Source: Octopus vulgaris
Lineage: Eukaryota
Assembly: GCA_951406725.2 (NCBI GenBank)
Contig: OX597826.1
Coordinates: 60,078,001 to 60,142,000 of the forward strand
DNA length: 64,000 bases
Direction of reading: 5' to 3'
Shown here: positions 42,065 through 55,138 of the stretch, one piece after another
How the letters are laid out: every line of letters starts with the position of its first letter
Numbering within the stretch: the first letter of the stretch is position 1
Translations under genes and position numbers: made by a program
The notes under the pieces: model-generated
What the model saw: the letters and a program-made list of their open reading frames with translations, nothing else
What the model was told of the DNA's origin: nothing
Databases searched by the model: none

Positions 42065-42201
42065 GTGCTACTGGGATGAAGATGGAGGGAAGTTTAAAAA
42101 GAGAGAGGCGAAGCGAAATGGCGACTGAGGAATATATATTAAACATGAAACAGAGTAACAGAAGAGAAAGCTGGTCAGCGAAGCAGCGGATGTTTGTGCT
42201 C
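42065..42201 (+). CDS. Candidate coding exon MKMEGSLKRERRSEMATEEYILNMKQSNRRESWSAKQRMFVL, product unknown
   Basis: Acceptor CATTGTAG|G, ATG at 42076, 42 codons open to a phase-0 donor CTC|GTATGG. Unique, more GC-rich island. Confidence 0.4.
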
Positions 42202-43479
42202 GTATGGGTGTATGATTTTATAAACAATCCGTACAATTTTAGATATCATTAAAGAGCAATTTGTGCAGCAATTAGCATGCATGTATTTTTTTCAGAAATA
42301 ATTTCCGGCAGCCATTAAAATTATCCATATTGTTATGTTTTTCAATGTTTACTAGAGTTGGAAAGTTGATGTATTTTGTGGAACTGTGTGTATGTGTGGA
42401 TGGGTATATATGTGTTTGTTTATAACAGTCAAACTCTTCGTATGCAGCCGCTTACGCACATGCTTTAATCTAACGCACAGTGTGTGATTATATACGTAGG
42501 TATTTCTCCAGCTTCTACAATTTTATATAATGCACAACTATCTATCTTTCTATCTAACTATTTATCTATCTATCTATCTCTCTCTCTCTCTCTATCTATA
42601 TATATATATCTGTCTATCTATCTATCTATATATATATATATATTTACATTCAAATATATACATACATATATACATATGTATACATATATATACATATATA
42701 CATATATATACATATATATATATCATATATGTTTTTAAAAATATTTAGATATATAGATACATAAATTCATGCATATGTATATGCACATATATATGTGTGT
42801 GTGTGTGTGAGTGTGTGTGTATCTATGTATTTATAAGTGTGTATGTATCTACCTATATATGTATATATATATATATATATGTATAGATAGATAGATAGAT
42901 ATATGTATGCATGTATGTATGTATGTAAGTATGTATGTATGTATATATTTGCATAAACTTCATGTAAGTGGAAACATTACATTATTATAATTCTTATCAG
43001 ATGTAACTATTTCTTAGAAAACTTGTAGACTTTTAGTTCGAATCATCCATGGAACATTCCACATGATTTTGCTTTGAGAGGAAGCGGGTACCATTTTCTA
43101 ACACAAAATAGAATCATCTGTTATCTAAAGTTGCATTCACTTCCAGAAACATTGCCAATCAATGCTCTTACATTCTGCAAGGCATAGAAATATATACGGA
43201 TGTAGGTTGCTCATGCAGAATTCGTTGGAGGAATTCGCTTAAATTTTATAGAAAGATTAGAATATTATGAATTTCTTTCTTCCTATATATTTCTTGGCTT
43301 GATGTTGAAAAGAGGAGGATCAATTATGTTTCGTTTTAGGATTTGCCTTGTAATGTAACGGGAACATGGCTTTTGCACAGATAAATCCATCTATCTATCT
43401 CTCTAACGAACTATCTATCTATCTATCTATTTATCTATGTATCTCCTTCTCTCTATATATTTGTGCGTGTGTATAGATA

Positions 43480-43640
43480 CATATATATATAAGAATTTTT
43501 TGCGTAATAAGATTAAAAAATCCAAGGCTGTGTAGATATTAGAGAATTTATAGATAGGTGTTTCTAGGATATTTATTAATAATATCCCTTCATCGGAGAC
43601 GGTATGAGAGGATAGTTGAGTCATAGTTTGTTTTAGAATA
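43480..43640 (-). mobile_element. Penelope-type terminal repeat with variant hammerhead (43555-43602)
   Basis: GUCU-CCGAUGA-AG-GGAUAUU(AUUAAUA)AAUAUCC-UA-GAAAC. Bounded by TA-rich tracts; stem III and the 3' side of stem I are decayed. Confidence 0.5.
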
Positions 43641-43646
43641 TAAATA

Positions 43647-43705
<59 letters not shown>

Positions 43706-43713
43706 AAAAAAAA

Positions 43714-43927
43714 ATGAAGCTGGATCTCTTCCTGTCAGGTGTCCCAGATGAACCAACTTCACGGCAGGAGGGGCAGATGAGGGCAGCTGCATCGAACTCT
43801 CTCATGCACCAAATAGCAGTTGCTAGAAAGCCTCCATGAAGTGAAACCAAGTAGCAACACCAAATGGCGGTGCCCCAGCATGGCCACAGCTCATGAGCTG
43901 AAACTAGAATCAATCAATCAATCAATC
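43714..43927 (+). mobile_element. 3' end of CR1-like LINE (ORF2 C-terminus, 3'UTR, (AATC)n tail)
   Basis: KLDLFLSGVPDEPTSRQEGQMRAAASNSLMHQ..* then GGCGGTGCCCCAGCATGGCCACAGCTCATGAGCTGAAACTAG(AATC)n. Confidence 0.8.
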
Positions 43928-43933
43928 ATATAC

Positions 43934-43966
<33 letters not shown>

Positions 43967-44114
43967 AGTGTATAAATATATGATCAGATACATACATCCA
44001 TAAATATATAATCATACATGTATATAAATACGTATTTATACATGTATATAGACACACATATATATATATATGTGTGTGTATGTGTGTGTGTGTGTATATA
44101 TATGCATGTATATA

Positions 44115-44425
44115 TCACCGTAATCACCGTGACCGACCAGACTATCAGATGTTGCTACACATCGCTAGTCATAATGCGCTTCGCATTGTTTTTAGCCTTC
44201 AACTGACGCCACCCCGCTGGCTAAGCGAGCAGGCCAACACAAGAAAGAGTGAGAGAAAGTTGTGGCGAAAGAGTACAACAGGGATCGCCACCACCCTCTG
44301 CCGTGGCCTCGTGGAGCCAAGGTGTTTTTGCTCAATAAACACTCACCACGCCCGGTCTGGGAATCAAAACCGCTATCCTACGACCGCGAGTCCGCTGCCC
44401 TAGCCACTGTGCCATTGCGCCTCCA
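44115..44425 (-). mobile_element. SINE group A, copy 3
   Basis: Reverse complement of 537-845. Confidence 0.9.
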
Positions 44426-44428
44426 CGC

Positions 44429-44466
<38 letters not shown>

Positions 44467-45090
44467 TTATCTATTTACGTATATATATGGCAAATAAAAG
44501 ATGGAAGATGTAATATACGAGAACTTATTATTAATCACGTATGTGCGTGTGGATGTGTGCGTGTGGATGTGTGTGCGTGTGCGTGCGTGTGTGTGTCTGC
44601 GTGTGTGTGTTTGAATGAAAGTAGTTAGGTAAATACGACTGGAATGGAAAGAAAAAATATTTTCAAATGAAAACAAAAAATACAAAGGAAGACACAGTCA
44701 GAAACAGACAGAGAATGCAGCCTGAGTGGGAGAATTAAATAGAGATATCACTAAAGCTAATACATATTGAATCTAGAAAACAAATTTCATAGCTTTCTAA
44801 ATTATACTAAAATTCTTACTAAAAATATGAGTGTATATTATTTATGGATAATATACACAGGGAATATATATATGCTAAAAGAAATGTATATATGAAATAT
44901 ACACCGTATACTAATGGTACTTTTACAAATGTGGAATGATTTTATTTTATATTAATAACTGAAGCAGAGCTTTTAAATTTTCATCAGCGTACATCAAAAC
45001 AAGGGAGTATTAACATTTGGTTGATATTAAATTTGTTGTGAATGTTTTTACTTGCTTTTAATTTCTGCGTCTATATTTTTCACTTAATTG

Positions 45091-45136
<46 letters not shown>

Positions 45137-45548
45137 GTGGATTAAGGTATATCAAATTATATACGTGTGTGGTATTGTACAGATGTAATAATATTATCTT
45201 ACGTAAAATTGCAAAAAAAAAAACACGGAATTAAAAACGTATCATTTCGGAGTACAAGCATTAAAAATTCCGCATATAACACTGACACACGATATACGTT
45301 TCTTTTTCTCTAAAAATCATGTGCATTTATAAAACACAGGCGGATTTTCATTTTTATATTAATGGCGGTCGAATTTTATCATATTCTATCTATGCACCTA
45401 TATCCGGCAGTCAGTCATTATATGTACCAAACAATCTTCCTATCAAACTATATATGTATATGTATATACACACGTATATGTTGTGTATATGTATATACAC
45501 AAAGAAATATGGACGCAAACACAAATATCCATATATCTGTCTGTGTAT

Positions 45549-45624
<76 letters not shown>

Positions 45625-45742
45625 ATTGAATTTGACTGTGTTAGTACCTTTGTCTTGATCTGACTATAAATATTTCTGCATTCAACACGTGTTCAGGCTT
45701 GTCGATAAGTAATTAAGAGTTTTGAGGATTTTCTCTTTTGCT

Positions 45743-45862
45743 TTCTTCTTCTTCTTCTTCTTCTTCTTCTTCTTCTTCTTCTTCTTCTTCTTCTTCTTCT
45801 TCTTCTTCTTCTTCTTCTTCTTCTTCTTCTTCTTCTTCTTCTTCTTCTTCTTCTTCTTCTTC
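45743..45862. repeat. Pure (TTC)n microsatellite
   Basis: Read directly from the sequence. Confidence 0.95.
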
Positions 45863-45915
45863 TCTTTATTTAATACACAGACACTCATATATACAATCAT
45901 ATAAACAATCACATT

Positions 45916-45962
<47 letters not shown>

Positions 45963-46164
45963 ACATGTAAATATATGAATGTATGTATGTATGTATGTAT
46001 GATGTATGTACACGCATTCAAATATATTTCACCGGCCCTAAATGTATTTCTGATTTAGGTTTCAATAATTTACAAGAGGCTTCCAAGAATTCATTATTAA
46101 TACATTACATTAATTATATATATGCATACATACGTACATACATACCTACATACATACATATATA

Positions 46165-46230
<66 letters not shown>

Positions 46231-47169
46231 AGTCCTCACCATACACTCGCACCACACCCTTCCTACATCCCCCACACAAACACGCCCACATCACCCCATA
46301 CACACACCTCAGAACACCACATATATGTATATATGCATATATATATATATACATTTGAAACTTGAACATATTACCCTATGTAGCAAACAAGAAGCTACGG
46401 ATCTCTACGACACCCTCACGTTCAACAACGCCATTTACTTAGGATCACATCTATATCTAAAAGTGTTTGGAATGTTTACTTCATACACACTATCAAAAAT
46501 ATGGGCGAAACTACTGTGTGCCTTTTTATCTATGGAAAATATGCTCTCCAACAGATTACTCTTGGTCTCTGACACCTTTCTCTTTTAGCATCAAAAGTAT
46601 ATCAATTTTCTTCTAATTCGATTGTGGTGAAACTCCTCCGGCTCATTTGCCTGTGGGAAATGTCCCTTGTGACATACACTTGTCATACTTGTCTACTAAC
46701 TGGATCTCGTCCACATCTAATATGACTTCAAGGGATATGGAACTTTCATAGTTTTGATTGCAAAGCAGTGAAATTGTTTCTATTGCTCATATTTTCAGCG
46801 AGTAGTCAAATTTTCCCGCAATCTTTCAACTGGTGCTCATTTTATCAACACCGAAAGCATAACAGGTAAAGTCGCCTACGAAGGAATTTGGACTCAGAAA
46901 ATAAACACTTGCTAACGGTTCTGTTAACTTGCCCTCTTTAACTCTATCTAATGGTGGGTAATTTCAATGTCTAAATAATAGAAAATGTAAAGAAAAAGAC
47001 AGAGGGCTTGATTCTTGATGAAAGGGTCAAGTAATCGGAGCAAGAAACAGCAGAATAAATACTGATACAGAAGACATTTCTCTGAATGAATTATACGTCG
47101 TGAAAACAGTGAGATAGCTGCATTGTAGATATTGTCTATGAATGTAAAATAATTATTCAGAACGCCTAT

Positions 47170-47552
47170 AGGCGTAGGGGTGGCTGCGTGGTAAGTTCTT
47201 GCTTACCAACCACATGGTTCCGAGTTCAGTCCCACTGCGTGGCACCTTGACCAACTATCATTTACTATAGCCTTGTAAGTGGATTTGGTAGACGGAAGTG
47301 TCTTCTACTATAGCCTCGGGCCGTCCAAAGCCTTGTGAGTGCATTTGGTAGACGGAAACTGAAAGAAGCCCGTCGTATTTATGTACATGTATATATGTGT
47401 GTCTGTGTGTCTGTGCTTTCCCAACATCGCTTGACAACCGATGCTGGCGTGTTTACGTCACCGTAACTTAGCGGTTCTGCAAAAGAAACCGATAAAATAA
47501 GGCGGTGCTCCAGCATGGCCGCAGTCAAATGACTGAAACAAGTAAAAGAGTG
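47170..47552 (+). mobile_element. SINE group C with internal duplication
   Basis: TACTATAGCC..GGTAGACGGAA segment occurs twice (about 47263-47297 and 47306-47358). Confidence 0.9.
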
Positions 47553-47620
47553 ATCTTTATAAGAACTGGAAACATGAAAAGTTTGCTACAATTATGCATT
47601 GGGAATTTCTAAAAAAAATA

Positions 47621-47688
<68 letters not shown>

Positions 47689-49904
47689 GTAATAATAATA
47701 ATAATGAACTCTAGTTTTGTAAAAGGGGAAGATTGATATGACCATAAAACAGAGAATACGTACTTCAATATGACCTTGTAAAGGTACTTTGGGCTTTGAA
47801 ACATATATGGATACGCGAAAAAAACTTTTACGCCATGCTGTTATCGAAAACATTAATGAAGAAACACTATGCTGCTTAATAAATGTTCGTCAGTTTGATA
47901 CTAGTATTGTAGGAAATGAATGTGAAGAAAGAAAAAAACGGCAAAAAATACCAGGAACAAAATACGAACTTCATTGAACCAGGAAACATTAAAAAATCTC
48001 CTTTATCCCAATGGTGATAGGAGAATAGAGAACAGTAGCAAGAAATCACCTGAACTGTTTGAATGTGTGGAATGCAGTGATAAAAAAAAATCCTAATTCT
48101 ACAGAAAGCTTGTTTTCATGACACAGCATTTGACAACAAAAGTGTACTTAGTACCTGAGATTGCCGCATGTGAATAGACTTATTGTATCCAGTACCAGCA
48201 ACGCAACGAGATTCTGACTTAATGCGTATAGAAATAATAATGAGAAGGAGGATTATGAGGGAGAGGAAGAGAATTTAAGCACAATGAAATAGATATAATT
48301 ACGGATAAAACGGCTGTGGTCATTGGTCTTTTGAGTAGAGATGTGATAATCTGGGTTCATCACATATTTGTGCATCAAGGATGGGCTAAACTGAGGCGCA
48401 ACATATCCGTTGGTTAATTCATTGGGTCAGCTCAGATTAAGCTTTCATCTGTTGATTAAATATGGCATATCCATGAAAGTGGGTGTATGTTTGTTTTTTC
48501 AAATGTGTATAACGCGAGGCTTATTGTTAATCTATCGCTCAGACCTGAGACTAACTATTTACCTGTTAATAAAATAGGGAATACCTTTCTTAAACGTATG
48601 TCTGCTGATCTCATATCAGGTCATTTGAAGATAACTGACAATGACATAAACGACCGAAATAATAACGGGTACATTCACACCCATCCACTCAAGTTTAACA
48701 TGAAATTTGGAAGAGTGGAGAAAAATAGAATTTTCTGAAATTACTTTATCATTGAATAAAAAAAACAACTTCAGCAACAGTTTCTGTGGTGAGTAGTTTG
48801 TGGTGTCTGTGGTTGGAGTATGGGTAAAAATGTTAAAACTGCTTTAGAGTAATAGAAATATAATTGAAAGAAGAGGAAGGAGATATTTTAAAATGAAATT
48901 TTGATTAAACCCGGCTACTTTTATTCCTACCGTCAACATCTTTGATAACTTCAACATATCACTGTTTAATTAATTTCAATAAATCCACATTCAGCTCGCA
49001 ATAAATGCTTGTAGCAATATCCTATAGACACCGCGTGATACTATTTTATATTGAAAAAATATCTTCTTGACAATGTGTCAAGAATTCTTAAGTTCCCCAC
49101 TTCTAGCAAGAAATTGTACTTCAGTTTTTATTTCAAATATGTTCGTAGTAAGAGTAGGGAAGTATAGATGGCTTTTCAAACACTCGTAGCAGTTAATTAA
49201 TAATTCTTAGAATAAATCCGAAATAATCATCAATAATTGTAAATTGCTTTCTTTTACAATTATTGAGGTATTCGCTACAAATAAACTGTCACGTAGTTAC
49301 ATATATTATTTTGTGGAATACTTGTATAATGTAATTCCGAATGGCTAATGTGGGATTTTCCTGGATATTATTTTCGATTTTCATTATTTTCAGAATTTTC
49401 AACGTTCTATTTTTGTTTAACTGATATGTATATTTGTAAGTTTACTGAAGAAATAAGACTGACGATGTGGAACAAAATTGCATCAGTTACAAGATGCTTT
49501 ATAGTCATTCAAGCCAAATAAACATTTTCCCAGTTCTGTATAATTGGTTACAACCTATCCATCAAATAAATATCTATACCTGAATGCCCCCGCGCTTAGC
49601 AATCTATCTCGTCTCTCACTCACGCTAGAATATGGAGTTTCTAATAGCTATAAAAATTTACCGAACGATCAACACTGAACTAGGTTTATTATAGTTCGGT
49701 ATGGTTTAGTCTGACATGATGGTCAAACAAGAAAAAAACGTATAAGCAGAAGAACAGCAACAGCAATAACAACAACGACGAAGACGTCAGCAACAAAAGC
49801 AATAACAACAACAATGGCAATGGCAACAACAATAACAACTACTACAACAGCAAGAACGAACGCTTGGTTTTAGTAATTTCTCCTGTTCGAAAACCCTTTA
49901 TTTA

Positions 49905-50185
49905 TTTATGCGCTCTTTTCAAGCCTAGCCAGGCTCGGTTTCCCGTTTTCTATGGAGTACGTGTTCCCCCCAGCTGGACGGGACGCCAGTCTACCTCAGC
50001 GTTACTCAAGAAACAGGAAGAAAGAGTGAGGGAAAGTTGGGGTGACAGATTACAACAGGGGTCACCACCACGCCCTGCCGGTGCTTTCGCTCAATAAACA
50101 CACACAACGCCCGGTCTGGGAATCGAAATGGCGATCTTCCGACCGCGAGTCCGCTGCCCTAACCACTGCGCCATTGCGCCTCCAC
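49905..50185 (-). mobile_element. SINE with group A head and alternative tail
   Basis: Head GGAGGCGCAATGGCGCAGTGGTTAGGGCAGCGG; tail homologous to 20977-21070. Confidence 0.85.
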
Positions 50186-50643
50186 TTCAAAAACCCTTAT
50201 CTTCCCGTAAATGTCAAAAATCAAAGACGTAAATCAGGTCAGAATGATTTCCTCACATTTGGACAGCTGGAATATTTGAATTTCCAGGGTATCTAAATTC
50301 TGAAATCACATTCAGTAGTAAATCTCTTGTTGCTATGTATTACATTTGAAGGATTGTTACCAAGTCATTGTTTCTTCAAATAGATATTATTGACGACAAT
50401 CGCGGACTTAAATCTAAAATGATGTTAACACAAGAAAAAAGGAAAAAAATCTGAAAAGCTAACTGCACGATTCAACAGAGAACAGCTTAGAAGGGTGCCA
50501 AGGTTTAGTTGAGCGGATCTAAAGAATATTCAACGATCAAAATCTACGGGGCATTTTATCTAAATTCTTCAATATTTTTATTACTACTTTTGTTCTTACG
50601 GTTGCAAACCCTAGCGAAATTTTGTAATACATGGGTACGCAAT

Positions 50644-50644
<1 letters not shown>

Positions 50645-50703
<59 letters not shown>

Positions 50704-50728
50704 ATACTTCTCCTTAGTATCATTGTTA

Positions 50729-50805
<77 letters not shown>
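50645..50805. repeat. (TAC)n and (TTA)n microsatellites
   Basis: Read directly from the sequence. Confidence 0.95.
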
Positions 50806-51299
50806 GTGGTGGGGATAATGGTGGTGGTACTTATCACACCATTTTAAAATTGGTAAGTTTTACTGGTGAAAGTGATACAAAAGAGAAAAAAAATTGCACT
50901 ACTGCGTAGATCAATATGATTTTGCGCAGATATCTTTATCTATTTGATGTTCGGTATTCATTCGTCATTGGGGGCTTTTATGTCTTAAAGGTTTGAACTT
51001 AGCGTTGATTCGAATCGAGTTAATTCGCATCCAGTGCCCAAATTTGTATACAGAGACGTGCAGTCAACACATACACACACACACATACACACATAAATAT
51101 ATACACATACACAAGCACAGTCATATAACAAACACAGTCATATAACAAACACACTTATAACAAACTCGCATACTCACACGCACACAACTCAAATATTTTC
51201 TATTCTCTTCCCAATAAAGTATATACGTCTAAATTTATATATTACTAAATCGAGAGAGCGTTGTAAGTCATATATCAGAGTATGTACATATATGCACAC

Positions 51300-51848
51300 A
51301 GGAATACCATCAGTGGAAGCAGTTAAGTTTGTGTCCACCTCATCTATGGCTAGTATTATGTCTTCTTCACAAATGTTCATATAATCCATCGTAGCTGCCT
51401 CGCTGGACATACGTGTGGCGGCAAAGAAATCCACCGGTTCATTCACTTGTCTATGTTCCAACATAAAGACACTTTTGAACACGTCATTCAGTAACTCACA
51501 GATCCTTGTTGGGTTATCTGTGAGGGAACTATCCTTTTGGAATATGTGTCCTATTTTGCAGGGAACTGAGGTTGTTTCTTTGACATAATGAAAGAAGGCC
51601 TTTCGGTTTGACTTCATATGTTTATATAACCCAGGCTTCTTTGTCTGCACTCTCCTTCAATAGAGAATTGTTGCAATCTTTTTTCAATCTCTCAGTGTTA
51701 TTTTTAGGCGGGAATTTTCATTACTTTTGGGATGCTGGTTTAACCGATTTGCAAACTTCGTCCTTCGTCTCATGAGGTTCTTCCGGTCCCTTGGAATCTC
51801 GTTTCTTTTTATGATGGCATTGTGCTCTGGGACAATTTTCTGGCTTTT
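51300..51848 (-). pseudogene. CR1-like LINE ORF2 fragment (endonuclease-RT tether)
   Basis: KSNRKAFFHYVK..IGHI..LTDNPTRICELLNDVFKSVF..ICEEDIILAIDEV...ASTDGIP follows the pre-RT pattern NPKxFY...LNxxFxSVF...GPDGIP. Confidence 0.85.
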
Positions 51849-51928
51849 GATATATATATATATATTTCTATATATGTATAAACCTGTCAGTCTGTCTATC
51901 TATCTATCTATACCTGTCTATCTGTTTA

Positions 51929-51963
<35 letters not shown>

Positions 51964-51964
51964 G

Positions 51965-52012
<48 letters not shown>

Positions 52013-53044
52013 TGGTATTTCCTATGATAATGTGCTCCACGATTCAATGTAAAGGAGTTATCTCCCATCACATTTATTTAGGCTGGTAAACTATCCGGCA
52101 CATACATACATATGTGCGCTCTCGCACAACATATATATAGACTTTCTTCTTACTGTAAATAGTAATCGTGTTGCTTTGAGGTGATGAGGAAGCACGAGGG
52201 TGTTGGCTAAAAGGAATTCTGATAATAGGAAAAGATACTAAATCTCCGGGAAGTCTTTATAGAAACTTTTATGGAAAATATCTGGGCGAGTATAAAACGG
52301 ATTTTTAAAAATGTGTAATCATATAGAAATATAAACTTCTTTTGGTCACATTTTACTTGTGCAAAAAATGTTTAATCGGAAAATTTAAAATTTCATTCTT
52401 GTTTTCTTACATGCCTATAGCACTGGTGTTTCCACTCTCCAAGCATAAATGCATGCAGAGATTGATGATCGCTGTGCTTGCATTAAAGTTAGTATCTGGT
52501 TTTTCATGTCTCTCTATCTTCTGCTGAACTTCTGCTACGAAATACATTCATCACTTCGTTGCATTTACTTATGCTGAAAATTTATTGGCGATCTTCTATC
52601 TGATATCAAACAGTTTGCCATTTTCATTTAAATGCCAGTTGCAAATCAAGGCATTTTTAGCTGTGAAATCTCTATTTGATAGATCGTTCAGCTCTGCATA
52701 CACAAGAGAACATTGATTCTTGAAAGACTGAAAATACGATAGCGACTTTTACATACACAAATATGTAATGCAGGCTTTCGACAATGAATAAGGTTTTTGG
52801 TTGCAAAAAGTTATTAAAAACACTTATACAAAAACATCTGTAATTAGAATAACAATGAGGAATGAAATAATAATGTAACTTAAAACATCCGACCAGATGT
52901 CTTGTGTATGTGTTCTGAGTCTTGTGGTGGTAGAATTTTGCCATCGGCCAATTTGTGATCCCTAGCACTTCCCCTCATCCTGCCACCTGATTAAATAGTA
53001 ATGTGTACTATATACATTACTATATATATTAATTATAGACATTG

Positions 53045-53145
<101 letters not shown>

Positions 53146-53261
53146 TGATTAAAAATTTTAAATTGTAATTAGATATAGTGTTGTTTTAGAGGGTTTTAAC
53201 TCCTCTTTCAAACAAGCAGGTACATATTCTACCCTGACTTTTTATAATAACTATATATATA

Positions 53262-53426
53262 TGTGTGAGGGATATTTTCCGTCTCAATATAGCTAACCAC
53301 TAAGGGTGGGTGTTACTGTAGCTTGTAACCCCAGGAGAACATCTTCTCCAGCTGGCTGCCTAAAAACATCCCTCACATTGTCGTGCAGTTACTGTTTATA
53401 CCTCGTTCAGAGATTTATTATTGCTG

Positions 53427-53428
<2 letters not shown>
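53262..53428. repeat. Dispersed TA-flanked repeat with internal inversion
   Basis: CCTCACATTGTCGTGCAGTTACTGTTTATACCTCGTTCAGA is shared with 63773-63813. Positions 53262-53302 are the reverse complement of 63741-63780. Confidence 0.75.
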
Positions 53429-53482
<54 letters not shown>

Positions 53483-53496
53483 CTATATTTATATAT

Positions 53497-53797
<301 letters not shown>

Positions 53798-54102
53798 TGT
53801 GTGTGTGTTTGTTCCCTACCACTGCTTACATCCCAGAACTTAAGACTTTGTCAAGAGGAAACGAAAGAATAAGGATCATGCTTTAAAATGTACTGATGTC
53901 GATCCATTCGACTAAACCTTCTCCAAAGCCGTGCGCCAGCATTCTTGCAATGCCATGACTGAAGCAAGTAAGAGATAAAAGATAAGACACATCGGGAAAT
54001 ATACACCAGAATTTGATGACTTAATGGATGAATAAATAAATATTTTCTCACTCATACTCCAGAAATTTCCATATACAGTAAATTTTATAAAGTTTATGAA
54101 TT

Positions 54103-54427
54103 AAAGACTCCGCCGGTTACGACGACGAGGGTCCCAGCTGATACGATCAACGGAACAGCTTGCTCGTGAAATTAACGTGCAAATGGCTGAGCATTCCACA
54201 GACACGTGTACCCTTAACGTATTTCTCGGGGATAATCAGCGTGTCACAGAGAGTGACAAGGCTGACCCTTTGAAAAACAAGTACAACTCATTTTTGCCAG
54301 CTGAGTGGACTGGAGCAACGTGAAATAAAGTGTCTTGCTCAAGGACACAACGCGTCGCCGGGAATCGAACTCACAACCTTACGATCATGAGCCGAATGCC
54401 CTAACCACTAAGCCACGCGCCCTCACA
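54103..54427 (-). mobile_element. tRNA/CORE-type SINE (group B head, different tail)
   Basis: A-box TGGCTTAGTGGTTAGG, B-box GAGTTCGATTCCC, CORE-like TTGTGTCCTTGAGCAAGACACTTTATTTCACGTTGCTCCAGTCCACTCAGCTG. AAAGTTTATGAAT flanks both ends as a likely TSD. Confidence 0.9.
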
Positions 54428-54673
54428 AAGTTTATGAATAAGCAGTAACTCATTGCTGGGTCGTCTCTATTAACCAATTCAGTAATATAATAACGTTATA
54501 TGTCAAGTTGTAAAATAAATTGTATATCTACTAATGATTTAAAAAGCGAAAACTCTAAGCATTACCATACGATTCTTAATATATTCTAGCAATTGGGAAT
54601 AAGAATATGCTGCTCAGTGTTATTTTTGTCATCGAAAAATATGTTTGTTTAGAAGACTGGTGCTCATAATATA

Positions 54674-54886
54674 ACTCTTTTACTCTTTTATTTGTTTCAG
54701 TCATTTGACTGTGACTGTAGACATGCTGGAGCACCGCCTTTAGTCGAGCAAATCTCCCCCAGGACTTATACGTTGTAAGCCTAGTACTTATTCTATCGGT
54801 GTTTTTTGCCGAACTACTAAGCTACAGGGACGTAAACACACCACCGTCGCTTGCCAAGCGATGTTGGCAGGACAAACACAGACGCA

Positions 54887-54956
<70 letters not shown>

Positions 54957-55138
54957 ATATATATACATAAATACGACGGGCTTCATTCAGCTTCCGTCTA
55001 CCAAATCCACTCACAAAGGTTAGGTCGGCCCGAGGCTATAGTAGAAGACACATGCCCAAGGTGCCACGCAGTGGGACTGAACCCGGAACCATGTGGTTGG
55101 TAAGCAAGCTCATTACCGCACAGCCACTCCTACGCCTA
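54674..55138 (-). mobile_element. SINE group C, full length
   Basis: Reverse complement of the group C pattern with internal (CA)n. Confidence 0.9.

Noticed and set aside
46355-46740. Possible Penelope linker remnant (GNVPCD...CHTC)
   Set aside because: Requires frameshifts and has no supporting domain.
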